This document shows positions 41,101 through 50,147 of a stretch of 64,000 nt of DNA, piece after piece; positions within the stretch are counted from its first letter, which is position 1, and the number at the start of each line of letters is the position of its first letter. The notes beneath the pieces are model-generated. The model did not search any database. It worked only from the letters and a program-made list of their open reading frames with translations, and was not told the DNA's origin. The stretch lies in assembly GCA_963665115.1 (NCBI GenBank), contig OY762007.1, positions 5,920,001 to 5,984,000 of the forward strand, written 5' to 3'. A program made the translations under genes and the position numbers. This DNA comes from an uncultured Rivularia sp. Lineage in GTDB: Bacteria > Cyanobacteriota > Cyanobacteriia > Cyanobacteriales > Nostocaceae.

Positions 41101-41211
41101 TTGTGTCAAGTTTTGAGCGTAGACGGTGATTGGTTGAAGATTTTAAGCCTTAAAACTAATCGAAACTTGTTAGTTTTTACCCCAGAAGAAGAAGTACTCA
41201 TACTTTCGTAA
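38137..41211 (+). CDS. Phage/plasmid primase-helicase (Zn finger + TOPRIM-like + D5/SF3 helicase), probable replication protein
   Basis: CPVC...CWNGC; GEGEK and DTD; INCTNG; Walker A GLGSNGKD; C-terminal KOW-like segment. Confidence 0.85.
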   Translation: MDDFNKSVNLLYDDRFDIRNYVERLIPTGQKNRFVCPVCNGSNLTIQSETGAYQCWNGCEVADIRQAIAPTEKTTNFLHKSKRKPSKEKPKKTINIPSGATLLIAAELSDIPKPKPLTPKRPKGVPQHSTQTTYYYSDDQWVIRFQWEDSSKAKGYDKTFRQYNRLPDGTVEMKKGDRPWMAYRLDEVLAHINDVEVPAVLWGEGEKCVEIARSDGILSLTLQGSAWNKADIVRSLEPIAKANSRCVQVFIADTDATGEKKAKTFSDACAEVELPCLVISPEMFEVEGDIEQILDSMETPEFIKRLEDEIQAAAFKKEVEEGLEEELKQLSPKKTLNQQAFEVFFGDRPWICADSKLYRWEGNCYKLVHDDELIPPISAFCNQFAVEKRGEIIYPHANTRSVKEVLSWAKLRLTVPVERLNPPGINCTNGIVRIKWEGNVPTVELQPHSPDYFYTYSPLVAYDPFADDTHCDRLLQSLDPEQQEVLLRNLAASIDLPTIRRIRGREVKVLLLSGLGSNGKDSLREVVSTIWGDEGMTSCSLADFASYDDGRKFSLAPLMASRINWASENPQTSRLDKIQALKLFVTGNKLHAERKGKDHIEFTPKATGLFNVNEAPSLQGTMQAILDRIAVLQFRKTFKSKPDTRNPNELLADPRFAYDPDFIRTEVAPAFLNRMLKALVDLCADGIDYECTEDAFKDIQKANNHLFQFCEDVDLEAIAGQELTAKEIWQVLEQWYIDQGTLNIAENGKRQWVDQAKPGDKNVKGLNQVIARISQLFPQAKRGTRYCSLSHRSVPILTGVGFSKPVLESPPQSIVAESVATQSEKVPEQSKPAVAEEVATQLETPQPSQLTVPSKPQQLQKLTDEEWLFAANSLEKINPAEQLLFRLANNSVAKSHVTWQKFKDELGSPSKMLKKIEQCRKTPEQEHIVDELYDGMLAQLLFEHIELTGDRTDLELVPDFIRDQFNELVREFEQQKFKKGQQVKFEGELCQVLSVDGDWLKILSLKTNRNLLVFTPEEEVLILS

Positions 41212-41272
41212 ACCAAATGCTCTCACAGCAAAGTTTTGATTCATTTATTCACACATAATAGGAGATTTTATC

Positions 41273-42487
41273 ATGTTCGCATTTCCCCGCTTAACCAAAA
41301 TTGAAAGCCAAATTCAAGCATTGCAGGCTGAAGCTGAAAAGATGAGAGAGGTTAGTAATGTCGCAGATGCAGCCTTGAATGCGATTACAGATACTCACAA
41401 TCAGTTGCAGGAATTGTCTGTAACCGAAGAAGAGTTGATAATGTGGCAGAACAAAGTAGTTGATGCAGTAGGTATTGTTGAGCCTGTCACTGTCCAAACA
41501 ACTACTGAAGATAACAACAGGCTTGAAAAAGAAAATGAAGAGTTAAAGCAGGAGATTCAAAACTTAAAAACAAGATTAGAAGAGTTGTCCAAAACTGACC
41601 AAGTTACAAAATTACAGCAAGATTTAAAAGAAGAGCGTACTAGATTCGCCGACAAAATCGAACAAGTTTCAAAGAAATTTTTCACGATGGAGCAGGAGAA
41701 TAAAGCTTTGAAAAAGCAAGTTGAGGAAACTATAGCCAATCCCGATATTCAAAAACTCCGAGATGAGAGAGAAACTTTAGCTGATAGATGTCATGAGTAC
41801 CAATGTAAGTATTTGGATGCTATGGGTGATATAAAACTTTTAAAAGTAAGGTTCGGTGAGGATGAAGACTACGAAAAAGTCAAAGAACAAGCATCCACGG
41901 AGTTTAATGTAACTCCAGATAACGATAAATCCACAAAATTTAGAGTCGGAGATATTGTAAAAGTTATTGGAGAGTCTTTCACAGGTCAAGTCGGGCGGAT
42001 TGTAGAGATTGATTTTTCTTTGTTTAAAGTGGCAATCCCTGAAGGAACCTTTGCCTTCTTGGCTAAAGATTTAACATTAGTTGTAGAAGGAGAGACTAAA
42101 GATGAAAAACCAGTACAAGGGAAATCAAAAGCTGAAAAGATGACTATCGAGGAATCCACAAGCTGTAACGAACAAGAAATAGAAGAGTTTTTGAAAGGCT
42201 TGGTTAAAAGTAAGAAAGCTAGGGCAGAGTTAAGCTGGGAACAGATTCGGGAAGTAGCTAGAAGAGATACTAATTTCTTCAGAACAATTCAATTGATGCC
42301 TAAAACCCCAAGACAGGGCGATATCTTCAGCGATTTGCACAATACTCGCTTTGCTGATTTGTTAGTTAACCATATTGAAAGCACTGGCGATCGCAGTGAT
42401 TTTGATTGGATTCCCAACAGATTGAAGGAGCAGGTTGAATCAAGGATTGTCAATGCACCCGAACAATTAACCATACCTGCTGCATAA
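41273..42487 (+). CDS. Coiled-coil protein with KOW-like motif
   Basis: Long heptad region; KFRVGDIVKVIGESFTGQVGRIVEI; AGGAG RBS. Confidence 0.75.
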   Translation: MFAFPRLTKIESQIQALQAEAEKMREVSNVADAALNAITDTHNQLQELSVTEEELIMWQNKVVDAVGIVEPVTVQTTTEDNNRLEKENEELKQEIQNLKTRLEELSKTDQVTKLQQDLKEERTRFADKIEQVSKKFFTMEQENKALKKQVEETIANPDIQKLRDERETLADRCHEYQCKYLDAMGDIKLLKVRFGEDEDYEKVKEQASTEFNVTPDNDKSTKFRVGDIVKVIGESFTGQVGRIVEIDFSLFKVAIPEGTFAFLAKDLTLVVEGETKDEKPVQGKSKAEKMTIEESTSCNEQEIEEFLKGLVKSKKARAELSWEQIREVARRDTNFFRTIQLMPKTPRQGDIFSDLHNTRFADLLVNHIESTGDRSDFDWIPNRLKEQVESRIVNAPEQLTIPAA

Positions 42488-42521
42488 CGTTGTATATTCA
42501 AAAATTACAGGAGTTTTAGCA

Positions 42522-43145
42522 GTGCAAATAGTGGAATTATTCGCGGGTGGTGGTGGAGTTGCTTGTGGAATTAAAGAAGTTAACCCGACTGCTGAAGTTT
42601 GGGCAGTGGAATTTGACCCAAACAACCCAAAGTTAAGCGAAAAGATTGCTGACAATTATCAAAAGAATTTCCCTTACCATCACTTAGTTCGTAAATCAGT
42701 GCAGCAATGTCAAGAAGAAAAATGGGCTGGATTTCCAAGGAATCCCGATTTACTTTGGGCATCTACTGTTTGCTGTAGTTTCAGTATCGCCAGGGGTAAA
42801 AAAATTGAAAAAATGACTGACTTTGATATGGCAATATCAACAATGGGAGCCGTCTTTCATTTACAACCAAAGCACTTTTTATTGGAAAACGTACCGGGTT
42901 ACAAAAATTCCAATACTTTCAAATTTTTGATTTGTGAAAATCTGAAAGCAATGGGATATAAGTTTGAGTGGTCAACTTGTAGAGTGTCGTCAATTCAAAA
43001 AAGATATCGAATTATTTTGTGTGCATCAAAAACCGAGGAGTTACTTGAAGATGTAGACCTCGAACCTGTTTATAATTGGTGGGATTTAATTAAAGATGTT
43101 CACGCAGAGAACAGCGACAAAGAACCAATGCAGGTAGAATTATAA
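42522..43145 (+). CDS. C5-cytosine DNA methyltransferase, short/possibly truncated
   Basis: Motif I ELFAGGGG, motif IV-like STVCCSFS, motif VI ENVPG, motif VIII QKRYR; motifs IX-X not seen. Confidence 0.75.
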   Translation: MQIVELFAGGGGVACGIKEVNPTAEVWAVEFDPNNPKLSEKIADNYQKNFPYHHLVRKSVQQCQEEKWAGFPRNPDLLWASTVCCSFSIARGKKIEKMTDFDMAISTMGAVFHLQPKHFLLENVPGYKNSNTFKFLICENLKAMGYKFEWSTCRVSSIQKRYRIILCASKTEELLEDVDLEPVYNWWDLIKDVHAENSDKEPMQVEL

Positions 43146-43304
43146 CCCGAAGTCACAGCCTGTTGATTCAATAAAACTTATATCTTGCGACAGTGCCGCA
43201 ATTAGCTCTGATAAAAATCATTGAAAGCTATCTGAATAACAAATTAGTTTAATCGAACACGAGGCAATGCATTCGCCTTTTCCCTGTATCAATCAATTTT
43301 TATT

Positions 43305-44168
43305 ATGAATCTAAATCTAATAACTCACGATTGGAATGGAAGTATAATCGCGCAATTAAGCGAAGCCACAAAGATTTCAAAATATGATGTACCGAGTGGT
43401 TATGTTAACTTGACTCAAATGTGTAAGGCTTGCGAGAAAAAGTGGAACCATTATGCATCTCTTAATTCCACAAAAGCTTACTGGGAAGGGCTTTCGTTAG
43501 AAACCGGAATCCCGGTATCTAAATTGGTTATTACCATAAGAGGACGTGGCGACAAAATACCCCAAGGAACCTGGGGACATCCAGAAATCGCCATTGATTT
43601 AGCGCAATGGGTTAGCGTCGAGTTCCGCATCTGGGCAAACCGTACCTTAAGAAAAGTAATCGAAACTGAAGCAAGCTCAACTAAACTCCAAATATCTCCC
43701 GAAGAACTGATAAGAATTTATGGGAATATTCTTGCCCCTACATCCTTATCTGAGGAACTTAAAGCAACCTATCTTCTGCGAGCTATTGAAGCCCAATTCC
43801 CAGAAATATCTCCTTCTGTTCAAAAAATACTCCCAGGTATTCAACCAAAGTCGGACGAAGAATACGTATCGCCAACCAAACTCGCGCAAATCTGGAATAA
43901 CCGCCACGGTACAAACATCAAAGCCTATCAAATCAACAATGCATTAGAGGAAGTGGGATTACAGACGAGTTATTACTCTGAGCGAATTAGCACCAAAACT
44001 GGTAAACTCAAGCGCACCAAATCCTATTCACCAGCTGAAAGGGGGAATGACTACAGCATATTTATATTAGACAAAGCCGGAAGCAACAAGACAGTACAGC
44101 ACTTGCGATGGAAGGCTTCGGTATTACAAGAAATCGCTAAATATCTTAATGTGGAGGTAAACAAATGA
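43305..44168 (+). CDS. KilA-N domain DNA-binding protein
   Basis: GYVNLTQMCKA, QGTWGHPEIAIDLAQWVSVEF. Confidence 0.9.
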   Translation: MNLNLITHDWNGSIIAQLSEATKISKYDVPSGYVNLTQMCKACEKKWNHYASLNSTKAYWEGLSLETGIPVSKLVITIRGRGDKIPQGTWGHPEIAIDLAQWVSVEFRIWANRTLRKVIETEASSTKLQISPEELIRIYGNILAPTSLSEELKATYLLRAIEAQFPEISPSVQKILPGIQPKSDEEYVSPTKLAQIWNNRHGTNIKAYQINNALEEVGLQTSYYSERISTKTGKLKRTKSYSPAERGNDYSIFILDKAGSNKTVQHLRWKASVLQEIAKYLNVEVNK

Positions 44169-44269
44169 ATTATTAAACTCATTTTGATGGCTAGAAATAA
44201 CTCAATCAATATAACGGAGTCGATAAAATTATTGAGCAGTTAAAAGATGCTTGGGCAAGTGATGCGGAT

Positions 44270-44881
44270 ATGTCCAGGATTCAACTATTTAATTTAATTG
44301 GTGTCTCTGGATTACAAAGCGGCGAAGCTTTTAAGATGGCTCGGCTAGACCATGCTTACAGGTTGAATAGCTGGATGGTTTCTCAACTTGAGGAGCCATT
44401 AACCAAAATTTATGAAGTTGCGTTCAGCTTCGCTGCGCCGAAGGCGATCGCCGCTGATGATTCCCCAATAGACAACAACTACGATGATTGGTCAATAAAG
44501 TTTCCATTGCTGTATAAGATGACTCCCGTTGAAGAGATGGAGTATCAAAGTATGGCGGCAGGTAGAGACGAAAAATACATGGGGATGGGGGTTTTTCAGA
44601 CTGAAGAAGTACGGCAACAGTTTTACCGCACTGAACCGAATTTTAACATTATTCTAGATGAAGCACTGGAAATAGACGAGAACGAAGAACAGGAACCCGA
44701 AGAAGTCGAACAGAGAACTGATGGGGTAGGGATGGTATTCTTTGGTGTTAGTCGGACGGGCATTGCGGTATCAGCCAAAGATAGAAATGAAGCTATCCGC
44801 AAAGCTAGGAAGGGCAACCGCGAGACAAATGAACGCTACCGAACGCCGACAAGCAAAAGGAGAAAAACCAGGTCAACTTAA
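44270..44881 (+). CDS. Hypothetical protein, possibly degraded (3' part may continue in another frame to 45056)
   Basis: 203-aa ORF overlapped by 44742..45056. Confidence 0.45.
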   Translation: MSRIQLFNLIGVSGLQSGEAFKMARLDHAYRLNSWMVSQLEEPLTKIYEVAFSFAAPKAIAADDSPIDNNYDDWSIKFPLLYKMTPVEEMEYQSMAAGRDEKYMGMGVFQTEEVRQQFYRTEPNFNIILDEALEIDENEEQEPEEVEQRTDGVGMVFFGVSRTGIAVSAKDRNEAIRKARKGNRETNERYRTPTSKRRKTRST

Positions 44882-45090
44882 AATTCGTGGCTATGGTCCC
44901 AAGCCAAAATCCTATCGTAGTGATTCACTTCCACCACCAGAAGCGATTGCGAAAGCTAAAACAGCATTTATAAAGTTCTCAGTCCCGTCAATTAAATCGC
45001 TTAAGAACTTTTTTCTAACTATTACTTTATCTATTCTCCTTCTTTTTTCCTGTTAAAACCTGTTAAACCCTTACAAAACTAACAGTAACA

Positions 45091-46833
45091 TCAGGTGGGC
45101 TTCGGAGACACCCAAGTTGAATAAGACTCAAGCTCTCGAATCGGATTCGAGTTCAAAGCAGGTTTACGCCTACGCTTACTTTTTTCATGAAAACGTTCTA
45201 TTAGAGCCTTGATATAGGTAGCTATATTGAATCGAGAATGCCTGGTTATTTTACATTCTCTCGTAAGAAAATGTATGTGCTTCCAAGTTATCCTCTGTGG
45301 CTTCACCAAATCCGAATCCGTTTTGAGGAAGCCAGTGTAGTATTTTTTTGTGACTTTTTCGGTAAATCCCATAGCTTTACGGGCAATAACGATTCCCGCA
45401 GCCATTCCGGAGCTTAAACCGAAAACTGCCATATATTTTGCTATCCCTATAGTTGAAGTGTACTGAGGGAAAACAAATTTAACTTGAACTCCAACTTTAT
45501 CGGCAGCAGACATCAACGCAACTCGAAATCCATCATATACGAGTCCGGAAAGCATACGGTTATATTTTTTAGAACCTGAATGCCTCATTTGACTTTTCTT
45601 AACCCCAAAGTCTAATCCTTCGGCAGCTATTCCACAGTTGAATAGCTGAGCTAGGTAAACGATATCAGCGGCAATATCTCTTAACGCAGCTTTTCTTTGC
45701 CCAGAAGTCCAATAAGGATTCAAGGGAAAGCTGAACATTACAAATTTACCCTGAATTTTTTGTATGTTTTTATGTCGAGAAGAAGGTAATGAAACTTCTG
45801 TTTCAACTCCTTTTAGCGAGAAAGGATTGCCGTCGTTTTTTACATAAATAACATCTAAAGATTCAGCGTTAAAATCAATTCCCAAACAACCATTTTCAAT
45901 TTTATGTTGCCAAGGAACAAATTGAGCATAACTCGTGATGTGGATATACCATGAATCTTTATTCTCTCTTCTAAATATTTGAGATGTTATAGGCTTTTTA
46001 TTATTAATAGCGTAAATCAAATCACGAGTTTGCTGTCCTCTAAGAGTGAAATCAAATAAAATCTTGTCTCCAAATTCTTCTTTCATAAATTTAGGAACAA
46101 CAAACTCACACTGAAATTTATCTCCTTCGATATGATGAATCTTTAAGCCGCGATTTCCGCCTACTTTGTTTCCATCACCTTTGCATTGAAAATTTCCAGA
46201 GCGAGCATCTTTCCAGTCTTTTAGCCATTGGGCGTGACTATTATATCCATTGGCTTTTAAATTATGTTGAGCATTAAAAAGTTTTTTTGTTCCAAAACAA
46301 ACAGGAAGTCTTTCTTCTATTTTGAGTTTATCTAACTTGATTTTTTTTATGGCTAATCTTTCTAATTTTGACTTTATACCTTTTAGAATTTTTGGAATAC
46401 CCCATCTTGTTTTTATTGTTGGATTTTCAAATCTAGATCCAACGTCGGATATCATATAATCAACTTTTTCGTAACCCTTATTGATGTCCGATTCTAGTTC
46501 TTCTATTTGGTTATCTTTAGAAGCTTGTAGTTGGTCAATTGTTCCTTGAGCGTCCGACTGTAGGGTATCCGCCCAGTGCCAATCAATCTTGAACTCTTGT
46601 TGTATATCTTTGATTAGTTGTGATTTGTTTTTTCCATCTTGAAGACGACGAACGCAGGTTCTAAATATTCTTTGATAAACATCTCCCCAAAGAATTAAAG
46701 CCGGATGTACATTATTTATTTTGTTTTCAACACCAAACCTTTGGTGACGGATTTTTATGCCATCAGCATCTTTCTGCCTGGAAAAAGAATTAATAGTTAG
46801 CTTGTCATATAAACTTTTTTTCTTTTTCGCCAT
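45091..46833 (-). CDS. tnpB: IS607-type TnpB-like RuvC protein, 580 aa
   Basis: CFGTKKLF; RuvC-I GIDFN; RuvC-II AEGLDF; PQYTSTIG...AAGIVIARK; AAGGAGG RBS. Confidence 0.85.
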   Translation of the reverse strand: MAKKKKSLYDKLTINSFSRQKDADGIKIRHQRFGVENKINNVHPALILWGDVYQRIFRTCVRRLQDGKNKSQLIKDIQQEFKIDWHWADTLQSDAQGTIDQLQASKDNQIEELESDINKGYEKVDYMISDVGSRFENPTIKTRWGIPKILKGIKSKLERLAIKKIKLDKLKIEERLPVCFGTKKLFNAQHNLKANGYNSHAQWLKDWKDARSGNFQCKGDGNKVGGNRGLKIHHIEGDKFQCEFVVPKFMKEEFGDKILFDFTLRGQQTRDLIYAINNKKPITSQIFRRENKDSWYIHITSYAQFVPWQHKIENGCLGIDFNAESLDVIYVKNDGNPFSLKGVETEVSLPSSRHKNIQKIQGKFVMFSFPLNPYWTSGQRKAALRDIAADIVYLAQLFNCGIAAEGLDFGVKKSQMRHSGSKKYNRMLSGLVYDGFRVALMSAADKVGVQVKFVFPQYTSTIGIAKYMAVFGLSSGMAAGIVIARKAMGFTEKVTKKYYTGFLKTDSDLVKPQRITWKHIHFLTRECKITRHSRFNIATYIKALIERFHEKSKRRRKPALNSNPIRELESYSTWVSPKPT

Positions 46834-46859
46834 GTTTCCGTCACCTCCTTGTTTTTTGC

Positions 46860-47020
46860 TTAACTTAATGCCTGCTCTAGGTGTTCGTCAGTATAGTATC
46901 TTTGACCTGAAGGAAGTCGGTTAGCCCCATCGTTTACCTTTTCTGTCCCATAGTCGCAAAGTACGTGCCAGGACTATTTATTTTTTTGCCAAATTCTCCT
47001 GGCTTATAACGCTTTTCCAT
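46860..47020 (-). pseudogene. Frameshifted MerR-like HTH (N-terminus of IS607 TnpA)
   Basis: Three frames give MEKRYKPGEFGKKI / RTLRLWDRKGK / ANRLPSGQRYYTDEHL. Confidence 0.75.
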
Positions 47021-47080
47021 AAAACCTTTCAATTATAGTAAAATTTTAGCAGGTTTTAACAGAGAATAAACCTCCAAGGA

Positions 47081-47842
47081 TTACTGCCTAGTCTCCATTG
47101 CTTGCAATCCATCCCGAACCCTTGTTAACTCAACGTTGCTCAACATATCCAATGTTCTGTTATTGAATCGTTTAGCCAGCATCGTATTTAATTGTTGATC
47201 ACTTAAATTTTTACGACGCTTTAAACTATTGATTTCTACGAGTAACATATGTTTATCAGTCTCAGGAACTCCGACTTTTGTTGTCTGATAGTTAGCTGGT
47301 TCGCTTAATCCTAATGCTTTGCGAATATTGGAAAGCATTAACTCTTTATGCGGTCGCTCTTGCCAGTCAAATTTTATGATTGAGCGGTCATTGTAAAACC
47401 GTCCCATTACTGCACGTTCGCCAGCTTCGCAGTAAATGCCAATCACCTGACCTTGCCTCAGAGAGATGCTTGTTAAAGCTTGCAATGCAGCAGAGGTAAA
47501 AACCGTATCCCATCCAAATCTGATGATGTAATTGTGGAGAACACCATTACGAGTCGAGGATAACTCAATTTCCAATTTCTCGCTTTCTCCGAAGTTGTGA
47601 GTTGTGGTTTTCTTCCGAACTTCCTTAAGCTTGCCTCTGATAACCTTACCCGCTAAAGAAAGGTGTTCGCTATTGTCGCTTAAGATATACCAAGGAACAC
47701 CTTTCTTTATATCGTCTGACCCACCACCAAAAATGTAGGTAGATTGTCTAATAGTCTCAGCATCAAATATACCCAGGTCTTGCTTTTCTCCAGCCAAGCG
47801 TTCAAGGGCGATCGCGATTCGTTCTAACAATTGTTCTTGCAT
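47081..47842 (-). CDS. Hypothetical protein (mobile-element associated)
   Basis: 253-aa ATG ORF. Confidence 0.7.
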   Translation of the reverse strand: MQEQLLERIAIALERLAGEKQDLGIFDAETIRQSTYIFGGGSDDIKKGVPWYILSDNSEHLSLAGKVIRGKLKEVRKKTTTHNFGESEKLEIELSSTRNGVLHNYIIRFGWDTVFTSAALQALTSISLRQGQVIGIYCEAGERAVMGRFYNDRSIIKFDWQERPHKELMLSNIRKALGLSEPANYQTTKVGVPETDKHMLLVEINSLKRRKNLSDQQLNTMLAKRFNNRTLDMLSNVELTRVRDGLQAMETRQ

Positions 47843-47902
47843 TTTGCTAATCTCTTATATTTTTGTCTTAGTCCAATGAGTAAGCGAAATCCAGCCTTTT
47901 AT

Positions 47903-48190
47903 TTATCTGAAGTGCCAAGTGGTTAACACCTTGTCTTCTTCACCAATTTGCTCAATTACCTTTCTATTCCCATCAACGAGCCAGCTTCCACCAGTACATC
48001 TTGACGGTGGCGAAAAGCTGCCAGTCTGAAAGGTTATCTTGTCGATATGATAGTCACCGATAAGAATATACAGTGCAATTTCAACCGCTGTGGCTTTACT
48101 ATATTCATTCGCTCTTGAAGAAGACCAAGGACTCAGGATTTGAGCAATTCTCGTTTTTGTTGCTTTCAGTTTATTTGAAGTCATAATCAA
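47903..48190 (-). CDS. Hypothetical protein
   Basis: 95-aa ORF in minus-strand operon. Confidence 0.5.
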   Translation of the reverse strand: MIMTSNKLKATKTRIAQILSPWSSSRANEYSKATAVEIALYILIGDYHIDKITFQTGSFSPPSRCTGGSWLVDGNRKVIEQIGEEDKVLTTWHFR

Positions 48191-48375
48191 TGGATAAATA
48201 TTCCATAAAAGTTGTAAAGTCTGTCAATTGTCGAAGGTGGCGCTTTGTACTTCCTTCTTGACTAACTGTGCAATGCTGTTTTCTAACTCTTGAAGAACTG
48301 GAGAAAGCACCACTGTTTTCTCAGGATGGAGAGACAGGAGTTTTTTGAATTTATTATGGGTTACTAATAAGTAGT

Positions 48376-48801
48376 CTATAACGTCCATCCTGGTGTCCGA
48401 AGTATGCTAACTATTTCTGCTTGAATCGATTTTGCAATATCCCATTCAATCAATTCGCCGTTTACTAAACGAGCCATGAACTTTTCAAATGGAGCTTGAA
48501 TTGCGAGTCTCAGAAGTAACTTTTTCGCTGTAGCTCGAATCCATTCTCTATCAAACCAAAAGCCAATCATTTCTAACTCTTGCCTCTCTTCATTCCACTG
48601 CCACCAGAAAATATGGAACTGTTCACCCTCAACAACAGCCCCAATGATATCCTTAGCTTCTAAGTCGATTCCCAAAGCTTCACCAGCAATCATTGCTAAA
48701 AATACACGGTGGCGGTCGTCGAAGTGCTTACCTAATCTGTCAGCAAATCTCTCAGGTGCTTCTACCTTTTGTGCAATAGTCTTTTGAGCCACGATAGTCA
48801 T
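48376..48801 (-). CDS. Hypothetical protein
   Basis: 141-aa ATG ORF with AGAGG RBS. Confidence 0.65.
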   Translation of the reverse strand: MTIVAQKTIAQKVEAPERFADRLGKHFDDRHRVFLAMIAGEALGIDLEAKDIIGAVVEGEQFHIFWWQWNEERQELEMIGFWFDREWIRATAKKLLLRLAIQAPFEKFMARLVNGELIEWDIAKSIQAEIVSILRTPGWTL

Positions 48802-49171
48802 TGAAATAAACCTCTTTTACAAATAGACGGTATGCCTTTTTTAAGTATGTGTCGCACAAAAATTATATTTGTTGATTCTGTGCGACGAATGCAGCAACAT
48901 AGCATTGAACCGCAAGGAAGACTTTTCTTTTTGTTGCGAAATTCTCAATAAATTTACGCTTATAGTGTCGCGTAATAACAAAGCACAGAACAACTGTGCG
49001 CCATGCTGTAAACTCGGAAATATTTTTTACTTGACAAGCATCGCTCCAGACTTTGATCTACGATGCAAGATATGTTTCAATACACACCTATCTTGTCTTT
49101 GAGAGGAATCTCTTTCCTCGTCCCCAACGAGCTTTATTATTATGTGGAGTGTATTTTGACCTCACAATAAT

Positions 49172-49200
49172 AGTATACACCTCTAGAGGTGTATTATCCA
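49172..49200 (-). promoter_or_regulatory. Sigma70-like promoter with perfect palindromic operator ATACACCTCTAGAGGTGTAT
   Basis: Minus strand TGGATA-17 bp-TATACT; palindrome 49175-49194. Confidence 0.65.
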
Positions 49201-49518
49201 GATAGTTTTATAATTTTTTTTCAGATTTTTTTATTATTACCAGTAGAACTAAGTAGCACCCGCGCCAATTTAAATCCAATCGCACGCTTTTACGAGGACT
49301 GTAACCCAATAATGATTAAAGTGGCACTAGTCAAACCGCTTTTTGACCTTTTCGATATCTTTTTATTTTCAAATAAAAACTGGTACTACACTGGTAAATT
49401 AGTGATGTTGTCTCAGTTGCAGTAAGCATTTCAGTCTTTTTGCAGCTAGTAATGGTTATTGCCCATCAACCCCTCTTGAAGTGTACAATCTATACTATTA
49501 TTCTTAAAAAGAGGAATT

Positions 49519-49866
49519 ATGACAGAAGGAAAGAGGAGAACAAAGAAATTAACTTTTTGGTCAAGTCCTCAAGAATCAGAAGCAATAGCTGAAGCAGCCC
49601 TATTGAGAGGATTAAGCGTAGCAGATTTTGTCCGCATTGCAACTCTATTTCAAATTTTTAATTTAGGTGCCGCTCCTGGCGATCAAACATGGGATTATTT
49701 TGCCATATACCAACAGCTTATAGATATATATAAAGATGTCGGAGATTTAATAATTGCTATAGCAAAGGAAGAAGAATCTTCACCTTGGTGCGATGCAATG
49801 ATTGAAACAAAAAGTCAACTTCTTCTGGAGAAGATAAAAAGCCTAGCCAGCAATAATTCCAACTAG
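49519..49866 (+). CDS. Ribbon-helix-helix (MobC/CopG-like) DNA-binding protein
   Basis: RTKKLTFWSSPQESEAIAEAALLRGLSVADFVR. Confidence 0.7.
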   Translation: MTEGKRRTKKLTFWSSPQESEAIAEAALLRGLSVADFVRIATLFQIFNLGAAPGDQTWDYFAIYQQLIDIYKDVGDLIIAIAKEEESSPWCDAMIETKSQLLLEKIKSLASNNSN

Positions 49867-49870
49867 CTAC

Positions 49871-49950
49871 CCGCATCACCCGCACCAATATCGCTTTACT
49901 TCAAAACTACGAAATCTTTATACTGTAAGGGATACCGCACCACCCGCACC
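49871..49950. repeat. 16-bp direct repeat pair CCGCAYCACCCGCACC (iteron-like)
   Basis: 49871-49886 and 49935-49950. Confidence 0.7.
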
Positions 49951-49978
49951 ACTTTGATAAAAATAAGAACTAAGAAGA

Positions 49979-50018
49979 GTCAACGACCCCCGACCTAAAG
50001 GTGCGGGGCATCCAGCCT
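49979..50018 (+). mobile_element. Solo IS200/IS605-type end hairpin
   Basis: GTCAACGACCCCCGACCTAAAGGTGCGGGGC resembles IS200/605 (IscB/TnpB) end palindromes; no associated ORF. Confidence 0.55.
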
Positions 50019-50113
50019 AAAAAACTGGCAGCCCTAAATGAAAAATTGTTTTAAAGGAACTCGCCAAGAATGAAATCGCGCCTTTGTAAATACATACTGT
50101 GATGTACTTGTCT

Positions 50114-50147
50114 CGCTCCTAGTTCCGAGTAACTGGGGGCGTTTTTT
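50114..50147 (+). terminator. Intrinsic terminator
   Basis: CGCTCCTAGTT-CCGAGT-AACTGGGGGCG-TTTTTT. Confidence 0.7.

Larger units (their letters stand above)
45050..47062 (-). mobile_element. IS607-like element (MerR-HTH remnant + large TnpB) with 18-bp inverted ends
   Basis: CTGTTAAAACCTGTTAAA at 45050-45067 vs TTTAGCAGGTTTTAACAG at 47045-47062. Confidence 0.75.

Noticed and set aside
45091..46833. 580-aa RuvC protein as type V Cas12 effector
   Set aside because: No CRISPR array nearby; MerR-HTH remnant and IS-like ends favour IS607 TnpB
49175..49194. Perfect palindrome as protelomerase site
   Set aside because: Short, present twice in promoter register, and no telomere resolvase in the window
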